Position numbers and translations under genes: made by a program
The notes under the pieces: model-generated
The model's database searches: none
Told to the model about the DNA's origin: nothing
What the model saw: only the letters and a program-made list of their open reading frames with translations
Part shown: piece after piece, positions 14,012-23,178 of the stretch
How positions within the stretch are numbered: position 1 is the stretch's first letter
Layout: each line of letters starts with the position of its first letter
Source: Paraspadella gotoi
Lineage: Eukaryota; Animalia; Chaetognatha
Assembly: GCA_051294375.1 (NCBI GenBank)
Contig: CM119270.1
Coordinates: 2,557,484-2,621,483 of the forward strand
Direction: 5' to 3'
Length of the DNA: 64,000 nucleotides

Positions 14012-14264
14012 GCATAGGCGACGCGTTGGAACGAGGAGGCTCTGATGACGGTCCGCAGGATAATAATTCAGTGAACCCTGCGGACGCGACTCAGATGCAC
14101 TATGTGAAACAACACAATGAAAGGCTGTGTATGCAATCGCATAGTGTCTGCGCGGTACCCTGAAGATGGCATACCAGCTCTTCCCCGTACGTCCTTAAGG
14201 GGTCTCCATCAACGTCGCCAGGCCCCGAGTTTAGAGGGGTTACAGGTCGACGCCAAACCCGGCC
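14012..14264 (-). ncRNA. 7SL/SRP-RNA-like structured RNA, copy 1
   Basis: Minus strand starts GGCCGGGTTTGGCGTCGACCTGTAACCCC...GGGGCCTG (Alu fold with UGUNR). GGCGACG after the Alu domain pairs perfectly with the 3'-terminal CGTCGCC; ends at TTTTTT. Confidence 0.75.
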
Positions 14265-14713
14265 TGAAGAAAATATTGTGTGTGAAGTGAAATAGTGATC
14301 TTTGAGCGTGAAGTATTCTATTAGTAGGAGAAGAATTAGCCGATGTTGATGATTTGATTGACTGACTGATGAGTGGATTTATTTATTTTTTTTTTTGCAT
14401 GATCGGTAGTAATTCCTTTCATTTCGTTGTTGTTTGATAGTTGTTTCGTATAGAGTTTTTTTTTTTTTTGGTTTTTTTTTTTTAAGAGTTTGTTTTAAAA
14501 AGTTTCTCAACGAAGAAGAAGAAGATAAGAAAGAAAGAAAGAAAGAAGAAAGAAAGAAAGAAAGAAGGAAGAAACGAAAGAGCACAAGTAAGTCAGAGAA
14601 AGAAAGAAAGCGAAAGAAAGACAGTAAAAATTCAAGTTACATTGATCTGGCAAACTCATGGACTTAATGGATCTAAATAGTTCTTTACGCGCACAAAATT
14701 AACGAAATAAAAA

Positions 14714-14960
14714 TGTTGGCGACGTGTTAGAAACCGAGGAGGCTCTGATGACGTTCCGCAGGATAATATCGCTGTACCCTGCGGATCCGCCTCAGACGAC
14801 ACTATGTCAAGCTACGCACCTACGTATGCAATGCACATAGTGCCCAGCGGGTACCCTGAGGTTGGCCATACCAGTTATTCCCGTACGTCCTTGACCGGTT
14901 CCGTCAACGTAACCAGGCCCCCGATTTACACCAGGGTTACAGGTCGACGCCAAACCCGCC
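14714..14960 (-). ncRNA. 7SL/SRP-RNA-like structured RNA, copy 2
   Basis: GGCGGGTTTGGCGTCGACCTGTAACCCTG...CGGGGGCCTG Alu fold; stems CACTATGT/ACATAGTG, TCTGA-GGCG/CGTC-A-TCAGA and TCCGCAGG/CCTGCGGA; ends at TTTTT. Confidence 0.8.
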
Positions 14961-14971
14961 TGAAGAATTAT

Positions 14972-14995
14972 ATGTGTGAAGTGAATTAGTCAATC
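14972..14995 (-). promoter_or_regulatory. Conserved upstream element of the SRP-like RNA genes (consensus GAATCACTAATTCACTTCACAC on minus); counterparts at ~14279, 15494, 16097 and 16693
   Basis: + strand gtgtgaagtgaattagtga(t) recurs ~12-35 nt 5' of all five RNA starts, while the spacers farther away diverge. Confidence 0.55.
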
Positions 14996-15186
14996 CAGAG
15001 AGAAAATATTTCTTTCAGAGGAGATGAATATGGTGATAGATTAGATTGATCGATCAACTGCATGAGTGCGCATTGATTTTTTTACTGTTTTTTTTGGTAA
15101 GAATTTGGTTTTAAAAAGTTTTTACTTGTAAGAAAGAGAAGAGCAGAGAGAACAAATGGAAATTAATGTAGGAAAATTTAATAAAA

Positions 15187-15482
15187 TTATTGGTGACGTG
15201 TAAGAACGGACGAGGCTCTAATCTTGAACGTTCCGCAGCGATTATATATGGACCTGCTACCCTGCGGAGCTTCTCCAGCCTTCAGCATGCACACTATGTC
15301 AAGCATACGAATTTAGGCGGACCATTATGTAATCTGGCAATGCACAATAGTGCCCTCGCGGGTTACCCTGCAGATGTTTAGGTAGTTGGCATACCAGTAT
15401 TCCCCGTACGTCCTTGACCGGTTCTGTCAACGTAACCAGGCCCCCGAATACATAGGGGTTACAGGTCGACGCCAAACCCGCC
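15187..15482 (-). ncRNA. 7SL/SRP-RNA-like structured RNA, copy 3 (3' half carries insertions, possibly read errors)
   Basis: Clean Alu fold TGTAA-CCCC...GGGG-GCC; TGGT..ACGT..AGAAC pairs with 3' GTTCT..ACGT..ACCA; ends at TTTT. Confidence 0.7.
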
Positions 15483-15837
15483 GGAAGAAAAAAAGTGTGA
15501 AGTGAATTAGTGATTCGTAAGAATTTGTTTTAAAAATTTTCTTACTTGTAAGAGAGAGAGAAAGAGAGAGAGATAAAGAGAGATAGAGATAGAGATAGTG
15601 AAAGAGAGAGATAGATAGAGAGTGGATAGGGAGTGGGAGAGAGAGGGGGGAAGAATGAGACGATAGAAAAAAGATTAAAATGGAGAGAAAAAGAAAGAAA
15701 GAGAGAATGATATTAGATGACAGAAGATTTTTAAGTTAACTGTGGACGTACATACCAACATACGTACATACCAACAAAGTGACGCACATACTCACATTCT
15801 TCACGCAACAAATAAATGAAATAAAATTTAACCAAAA

Positions 15838-16085
15838 GGTGGCGACGCGTAAGAAGTTAGGAGGCTCTGATGACAGTCCGCAGGAGATTACCCAATCCTG
15901 CGGAGATGCCTCAGACAACACTACATCAAGCATATGGTGCACCGGAACACCATACGCAATGCACATAATGCCTGCGGGTACCCTGATGATGGTTTAACAG
16001 TATTCCCCGCACGTCCTTTTTTAGTTCTTTCGACGTAACCAGGCCCCCGAGTACACAGAGGTTACAGGTCCACGCCAAACCCGCC
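15838..16085 (-). ncRNA. 7SL/SRP-RNA-like structured RNA, copy 4
   Basis: GGCGGGTTTGGCGTGGACCTGTAACCTCTGTGTACTCGGGGGCCTG; stem GCGTATGGTG/CACCATATGC; compensatory GGCA/TGTC versus GGCG/CGTC in copy 2; ends at TTTT. Confidence 0.8.
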
Positions 16086-16230
16086 TTGAAAACGAAAGCG
16101 TGAAGTAAATTATTCATTCGACTTATTTATTTAATAGGTCACAAATTTAGCGACTGATTGATTAATGAGTTAAGTAATTTTTTTTAGTGTTGTTTGTAAG
16201 AATTTGTTTTGAAAAGTTTGAGAGAGAGAA

Positions 16231-16271
<41 letters not shown>

Positions 16272-16418
16272 TTAGATAAAATAAGTTTCAACGAACAATG
16301 TCGTGTGAATTTTCAGATTTTTAAGTTATTTGTGGACAGACAAACGATAAGATAGGCAGACCAACAAAGTGAAACTTATTGTCACGTTTTTCACGCGCCA
16401 AGACAACTGTAATAAAAA

Positions 16419-16680
16419 TAGAGAGACGCGTCAGAACCAAGGATCGAGACCGCTCTGATGACTTTCCGCAGGATATTACCGCAGCACCCTACGAAATCGC
16501 CTCAGACAACACGACGTCAAACATACGGCTATAGCTCGTCGCCGTATGCTATGCACATCGAATCTGCGGGTACCCTTGTGATTGCATACAAAGTATTCCC
16601 CGCACATTCTCTACCGGTTGTTCCTACGTCCCCAGGCTCCCGTGTGTACAGGGATTACAGGTCGTCGCCTAAACCCCGCC
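16419..16680 (-). ncRNA. 7SL/SRP-RNA-like structured RNA, copy 5
   Basis: GGCGGGGTTTAGGCGACGACCTGTAATCCCTGTACACACGGGAGCCTG, with helix 4 TCCC/GGGA as in vertebrate 7SL/Alu; stem CATACGGC/GCCGTATG; ends at TTTTT. Confidence 0.75.
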
Positions 16681-16824
16681 TGGCGAAAATCCGTCTGAAG
16701 GGAATTGCTGATTCGAGATGAATTAATTTTGGAAATATAATAGAGCGAATGACAAATGGAAACGTTTTTGAAAGCTTTTTATTAGAAGATTTGTAAAAGC
16801 TTTTCTTACTTGAAACGAGGAGAG

Positions 16825-16877
<53 letters not shown>

Positions 16878-17004
16878 AGAGAGAAGAGAGAGAGAGAGAG
16901 AGAGATGAGAGAGAGAGAGGAGAGAGAGAGACTAAGAAAGTTAAGAAAAACTTCTATAATGAAACATAAGTGAAAAAAAGTTTTCAATGTGATACCGAGA
17001 AGAG

Positions 17005-17042
<38 letters not shown>

Positions 17043-17194
17043 AGAGAGAGAGGAGAGAGAGAGAGAGAGGTGACGAAACGCGCGTCGGATCGAGACGAGA
17101 ACCGACGGCACCAATTCGTTGCACCGTGACATCATAATCGGGGCAATGGCCATAATCCTGTCTAAAGGAGAGAGAGAGAGAGAGAGAGAAGAGA

Positions 17195-17253
<59 letters not shown>

Positions 17254-17326
17254 CTAAGGGTGACTAAGAGGCGGGTTTTCCGCTCGGTTGGCTCCAGATC
17301 GGCCGTTCTCGTGATATCTCACGCTG

Positions 17327-17367
<41 letters not shown>

Positions 17368-17377
17368 CTTTTCTCCT

Positions 17378-17422
17378 CATGGTGCTCCCATGGTGTCACC
17401 GTTGGGTGCACCATGGTGCAAC
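17378..17422. promoter_or_regulatory. CCATGG-centred palindromes upstream of PNP exon 1 (X-box-like)
   Basis: TGCACCATGGTGCA palindrome and a second ctcccatggtgtcac ~120-160 nt before the ATG at 17540. Imperfect match to the RFX X-box. Confidence 0.25.
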
Positions 17423-17539
17423 CTTTTCTCTCGCGCGTTGCGTTTTATTTCACGGGAGGATTGGCGTGAGTTGGTGAGGGTGTGAATGGAAGAAGGGTTG
17501 GCGCAGTGAGGAGTGAACGTGACGTAGCGTGGCTGGGCG

Positions 17540-17589
17540 ATGGCGTCGCAGGAAAACTACGTCGGCTGGCGCGGTTCGTATATGGAGTG
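17540..17589 (+). CDS. PNP: Probable first coding exon of PNP (MASQENYVGWRGSYME, phase-2 donor)
   Basis: gcgATGG context, open frame, ends at a strong G|GTAAGT donor, lies in a CpG-rich patch ~1 kb upstream of the conserved exon. Its junction to the next exon is unresolved. Confidence 0.5.
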
Positions 17590-18571
17590 GTAAGTTGTTG
17601 TTTAATAAAAACTATGGTTATGTTTTGTTTTTTAGTTATTGATTTATTGATTTATTTTTTTATTTATTTTATTTTTGCTTTTTAATTCACTATAAATATC
17701 TGAGTGAAACATGTACATTACAATTTTGTTCGTGTCTCAGACGTTTATCATTTTCTTGAGTTGTCTAATTTATTTTGACAGTCATCTTCGTTTTCACTTA
17801 GATAACAAAAACTAGAGCGAAATCAACATTCTGAATGAATTTTTTTTCTTCGTAATTTTACCCAAAATTATTAATAACATTTGAATCATTGAAGCTATAT
17901 CAAGCATTAGACGTCGACGCTTTACAATTTTAAAATCATAATAACTTTTAATATTCGAGTATGAAAGGCGGCAAAATGGATTTTTTTTTCCTTCTCGCTC
18001 GTTCATTCACCTCACAGGGTTCAACACAATTTCATAATTCTTAGCCTCTACCTAATTAATTAATGATTTAGTACGGAGATACATCGTCGTTAAGTTTCTT
18101 CGATCGATTCTACTTTGTGAACTTTTGTTTCAAGTTTTGACGAAATCTTAACCGATTTTGATGAACTCGAAATAAAAATAAAAATTAATTAGGTAATCGC
18201 AAATCCGAACTAGAAAAAGGAAAGAACCGAAATTAAATCAACTTGGGATTTAAGCAATTTTTTTTTTCAAAAAAAATATTCACGAGAAAATACTATTTAG
18301 CCGCAGCTAATTATTTTATCCTCTTTCCGCGACATTTCGTAATTTATTTTTTTAATTATTCATACAATTTATTCTTACCTCGAATTTTGTGATCTAAAGA
18401 AAAGAAAAAAAACCTTTAATTCGTCCTTCTTGAATCAAATAAAAAGGACAAAACGGACAGAAGGACGAGAGCAGCTTAAGCAGCAACCGTTTCAGCATCA
18501 GCGACGCAGGCAGCGTCTTCAGCAGCGTCTTCAACTACATCATCATCGTCGTCACCATCATCGTCGCTCAA

Positions 18572-18784
18572 ATGTGGAAAAGAGACGTCTCCCCGCTTTC
18601 TAACCGCCACGCCCCCTCGGCCGACGAAGCGATTGGCGGCGCTGGAGTGAAGAACCCCTTCGGCTTTGAGGAGTGCCGCGCCGTGGCGGAGTGGCTCGCC
18701 GAGAGGACCTCCATTCGGCCTAGAGTCGGACTCATTTGCGGATCGGGTCTCGGCGGATTGGCCGAGATACTCCAGGATAAGATG
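18572..18784 (+). CDS. PNP: Purine nucleoside phosphorylase exon (5' boundary uncertain, may begin ~18447-18484)
   Basis: FGFEECRAVAEWLAERTSIRPRVGLICGSGLGGLA motif; donor ATG|GTGAGT, phase 0. Confidence 0.93.
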
Positions 18785-18986
18785 GTGAGTGTGGTTGTTG
18801 TTGTTATTGTTGTATTTTGGGGTTTCTGTGTGTCTGTGTGTGTGTATGTGTGTATATGTGTGTGCGTTTGTGTTTTTATGAGTGTGATGGATATATTTTT
18901 TCTCGCACCTTTCCCCCAAAATATATTTTTCTCTCAATTTTTTTAGAATCTTATGACTTTTTTACTTAAATATTTGTTACCTTTTT

Positions 18987-19237
18987 TAGTTGCGTCGCGA
19001 GTACACGCAGAGCAATTCAATTCAATTCAATTCAACTGTTAGGTCGGTCAGTCGTTCTGTCGGCATTTTGTTTTTAAAAAATTCGTATGGAGAATAAAAT
19101 ACGGAATTTTGATGAAGTGCGTGTTTAAACGTGCTAAATACACTCATCGGCCCTGCCACTGCATAACTCATCATAATAATCATTAGATCATAAAAAAATA
19201 AAAGTCACTAGGGCGCAACACATTATTGTTCTTGTTT
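18987..19237 (+). mobile_element. Small Helentron/DINE-1-like (HINE) non-autonomous element in a PNP intron
   Basis: T-run flanks; subterminal inverted repeats GTTGCGTC / GGCGCAAC; internal (AATTC)n and gtcggtcagtc microsatellite; 3' end CTTGTTT. Confidence 0.45.
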
Positions 19238-19342
19238 CAACCATTTCTCCATTTACTCCCTTCATTCTTCTACCCTTCTTTCAACTTTCCTTCTTATTTT
19301 CTTGCCTTTCCACTTGGCCTTACTCAACCCTTACCCTCCAAG

Positions 19343-19472
19343 TCCTTCGACTACAGCGACATCCCAAACTTCCCTACGTCCACCGTCGCTGGACACGAGA
19401 GTCGACTCGTCTTCGGGAGACTCGGCGGACAAGAAGTCGTCTGCATGCAGGGGAGGTTTCACGCTTATGAAG
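19343..19472 (+). CDS. PNP: Purine nucleoside phosphorylase exon
   Basis: [44 protein letters not shown]; AAG acceptor, G|GTAAG donor, phase 0 to 1. Confidence 0.95.
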
Positions 19473-19777
19473 GTAAGGAAAAAGTAAGTTTAAAACTAGC
19501 CTTTACTTAATTGGACAGAGTTGCGTCTTTATATACAAAGTAGTACCGGAAGTTATGTCAGGCAACTTATTCCTCTTCTTTAAATTAAAAAAAAATATGC
19601 AAATGAGGGTTTAAAATGAGGCTTGTAGAAAACAAAAGATAAATACGATATTCTATTAGTTCCAAAATTCGATTATTTCGAAGTCTTTTCACCGTATGTT
19701 AGTTAATTGACATTTTGTAATTTGTTTTCTTCGCCAAGCAACTCTAGATCCTTTAAACCGCATCATCCTTCAAACAG

Positions 19778-19970
19778 GCTATCCTCTGATGCAGTGCGCC
19801 TTCCCCGTCCGCGTCATGCGTTTCCTCGGCGCCACCGTCATGATCATCACCAACTCAGCCGGAGGTCTCAACGTGGACTACAAGGCGGGCGACATCATGG
19901 TCTTGAAGGACCAAATCAATTTGCCGGGATTTTCGGGAGACAATCCTTTAAGGGGACCCAATGACGAGAG
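19778..19970 (+). CDS. PNP: Purine nucleoside phosphorylase exon
   Basis: YPLMQCAFPVRVMRFLGATVMIITNSAGGLN...DQINLPGFSGDNPLRGPNDER; CAG acceptor, AG|GT donor, phase 1 to 2. Confidence 0.95.
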
Positions 19971-20393
19971 GTTTGGGAGGGGGGGTTTAAGGGAATGGGG
20001 CCTTGTGCTCAGCGTATATATGTGAAGTTTGGTCATAGAATATTCTGTAAATAGTAGTAATATTAACATTTCTGATGCCTATGGTGGGAGATATATAAGC
20101 TTATAAAGAAACATGAACGTTGAACAATTAATACGGAATGAGAATTTTATTTCATATTATTATATTATTATATATCATTATTATTATATTTCATTAATAT
20201 AGGAATTTAATTTAAGTGCCTTTGTTATTTTTATGAATTTTGTAAAACTAATATTTAAATTATAAATTCATTTTATAAACAAGCTATCCGAAATCTGAAT
20301 ACGATAGGCAGAGAGCTTTATTTTAAGTTAAATATTTAATTATTTAGATAAGATACCAAATTTTAGTCATACCACCTATCCTTTTTTCACCAG

Positions 20394-20558
20394 ATTCGGT
20401 CCCAGATTCCTAGCGATGAATCGCGCCTACGATCGTTCATTGCGCGATTTATTATTAGCGTCGGCAGAAGAGTTAAACCTTACCTTTGTTCGAGTAGGGA
20501 CGTACGTGAAGATAGGCGGACCTTGCTACGAGACGCCATCTGAGGCAAGGGCTTTGAG
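20394..20558 (+). CDS. PNP: Purine nucleoside phosphorylase exon (not in the ORF track)
   Basis: FGPRFLAMNRAYDRSLR...GTYVKIGGPCYETPSEARALR; CAG acceptor, AG|GTAAG donor, phase 2 to 2. Confidence 0.95.
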
Positions 20559-20814
20559 GTAAGATTGCGCTATTGGAGAAATGTCCATGAGGCTTTTGAA
20601 AGTAGGTAACATTTTTTTTAAGAAAGAAACGAAAATTATTAAAATCACCTAATGATGATGATTATTTTTTCAAATTTATGACCGATTTGTCATAATTTTA
20701 TCAGATTCCCTTTTATAAGACAAAAATTTATACATGGTCATATACAATGCTTCATTGCGAGCATATACAGAAACAATTTAAAACGAAACATCATAAATCA
20801 AAAAGTTTATATTA

Positions 20815-20922
20815 TATAATTTATTTTATGAAATTGGTACAACCAATATAAAAATTATCCATCCATTTAATAAATAAGCTATCTTGTCCCTGACTTTGGA
20901 CAGGCTTTGGTGGTTTAAGGCC
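20815..20922 (+). repeat. Dispersed repeat; inverted copy at ~61078-61178 and partial copy at ~55895-55950
   Basis: aattggtacaaccaatata...taataaataagctatcttg..ctgactttggacaggctttg.tggtttaag versus its reverse complement at 61078-61178. Confidence 0.65.
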
Positions 20923-21115
20923 TCCATCACACTTGCAAGATAATAACATAACAGGTTTCTGCAAGCTTTTAATCAAGCCTCTCTCTATTATAAAACAGTA
21001 AATTCTGGTTCGCCTCTAATTCCCAACCAATTTCCCTTCAACCTCACTTTTTTACTCACCCCCCATCCTCGACCCTTACCTTCCCTCTATTCCCCACCCC
21101 TTCTTCATCTACCAG

Positions 21116-21263
21116 GATGTTGGGGGCGGACGCGGTGGGGATGTCCGTCGCCCACGAGGTTATCATCGCCGTCCACTGCGGGATGCGGGTCGTGGGGATG
21201 TCGCTAATTGCCAATTTGGTCGTCGACGATGTTGACGAGGTTGTGGAGACGAATCACGAGGAG
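21116..21263 (+). CDS. PNP: Purine nucleoside phosphorylase exon (not in the ORF track)
   Basis: MLGADAVGMSVAHEVIIAVHCGMRVVGMSLIANLVVDDVDEVVETNHEE; CAG acceptor, GAG|GTGAG donor, phase 2 to 0. Confidence 0.95.
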
Positions 21264-21445
21264 GTGAGGTCCGGGTAAAGTGGAAGGAGGGTGGGGTCAG
21301 GTTGGGTTCTGGATGGGGTTGGGTCAAGTGGGGTTTTATATTTCTTTCTTTCTTTCTTTCTTTTTTTCTTTCTTTCTCTCCTTTTTCTTCTTTTCATGTT
21401 TTCTTTCCTCTCTTTTTTATATTCTTCTTTCTTTTTTTCTTCTTT

Positions 21446-23124
21446 TAGTCGGAGTCTGCTTATTCAGCAGATCCCGACTCTATAACTCAGACTTTTTAAA
21501 CTCACTTTTTCGGTCCGTCGGTCCGCCTCCCCTCAATATTGTCGGGCACACACTTATATCATGTCAGAACATCGAATTATGATAAATTATGCAAAAAAAA
21601 TGATGTCCGTCCGTCCGTCTGTCTGTCCGTCCGTCCGTCCGTCCGTCCCACCTTAGCAAAAAAACACCAATTACTCGTGATTGATGGATGGATTTAAATG
21701 AAATTTTGTGTGTGGATAGGTAAGTGTGTGATTTGAGCTGGATATTAAGTTTCGATGGAATCGTTCCGAGTGGAAATGAGTTTTAAATGGAAAAAAACAA
21801 AAAAAAAATATATTCACTATTTGAAAACCAATTGCTCATGAGTGATGGCTGATTGACCTGGAATTTTGTATGTGGGTAGAAAGGTGTATTGTGATTGAAC
21901 AGCGAATCAAGTTCGATGGAATAGTTTGATGTTGGAAATGAGTTTTAAATGGAAAAAAAACAAAAAAACCTGTTTTACTAATTGTTATGCTTCTTTTTCT
22001 CTTTTATATTATGTATCTGCAGGACGATGTAATTGAATAAATCAAATAATTAATCAGGTAATTAATCAATGTATGTTAAATAAATTAATCAATAATTAAT
22101 AATAGTCAATCAATCCGTCCATCCGTCCCATCTTAGGCAAAAAGCTCAATTACACTCGTGATTGGCTGGTGGATTGGAATAAATTTTTGTGTCGCCGGTA
22201 GGAAAGTGGTGATAAAGCTGTGGATATAAATATTTCGAAGAATCCGTGTGAGTGAAATTAGTGTTAAAATGGAAAAAAATAAGTCGAATTTACTAAAATC
22301 TTTTACTTTATTTTAACAATTAAATACTCCAATTATCATAATTGGATGGATAGCATTGAGTTGGAATTTGTGTGTGTGGGTAGGAAAATCTGTTATACGA
22401 ATGCCTTGATATAAAGTTTCAGTGGAAACGTACCAGTGCGAAATGAGTTTAAATGAAAAATATATGATGTTGATCACATTTGACTGAATTTTATTTTTTA
22501 ACCCATGATAGATCTGAGATGAAATTTGTGGCCGTAGAAAAGGAGTAGAAAGTGAATAAAAGTTTGACGGAATGCAATGAAAAAATTAGCAACGTGAAAA
22601 AAATGATGCAATGTTGAAAAGAATCGATGCATAAAAAAATCTTAAAAGTCATTAAGGATCGTCGCTATTGCATAAAAGAGGAGAGAGAGAGAGAAAATCG
22701 AGATTAAATGAGGTGTGAGAGAGAAAGAGAGAGAGTGAGAGAAAGAGAGAGAGAAGAACATAAATAAAAAAATCTTAAAAGACTCAAGATCGAGCAGAGC
22801 CCACTATCATAGAAAATTAATGAGAAAAACCCAGGAAGATAAACAAACAATGATCATGCGATAACGAAATTGTTGGATGTACTAGTAATTGATTGAGGTA
22901 TACAATTGTATTGATTTAACTACCTGTAATGTAATTTTGACTGTAATAGGAAATTCGATTATTGAATTCGATGAATAATCAATAATTGATGTCGATCTGA
23001 ATAGTCATTCACGCTGTTGATGATAGTCATTCAGTGATGCGATGATTGTCATTCATTGATCGATGATTTGTCATTCATTGATGCGATGGATAGTCAATAA
23101 AACAACAAATGCGTTATGAGTGAA

Positions 23125-23178
<54 letters not shown>

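Noticed and set aside
14040-14100. Hammerhead ribozyme/retrozyme suggested by CTGATGA followed by a stem in each repeat
   Set aside because: No GAAA after stem II in any copy, and the G-U pattern shows the minus strand is the structured one.
14714-14960. HDV-like ribozyme (GGCGGGT...ACCCGCT-GG-GCA; GCCTCCTCG)
   Set aside because: No compatible P3/L3/P1.1 or J4/2 order, and the match is not conserved in other copies; the Alu/helix-5 fold explains the covariation better.
14746-14963. C/D snoRNA or U3 (TGATGA...CTGA), or a SECIS element, on the + strand
   Set aside because: The terminal CTGA is absent in copies 3-5, there is no GA quartet partner or U3 box A, and the strand evidence points to minus.
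14012-16680. CRISPR array, RNase P/MRP, 7SK or telomerase RNA
   Set aside because: Units are ~250 nt with no cas genes; CR-I/CR-V motifs, GAUC repeats and a TTAGGG template repeat are missing.
14804-16721. Short repeated ORFs containing YAMHI
   Set aside because: Frames are not preserved between copies; conservation follows base pairing, not codons.
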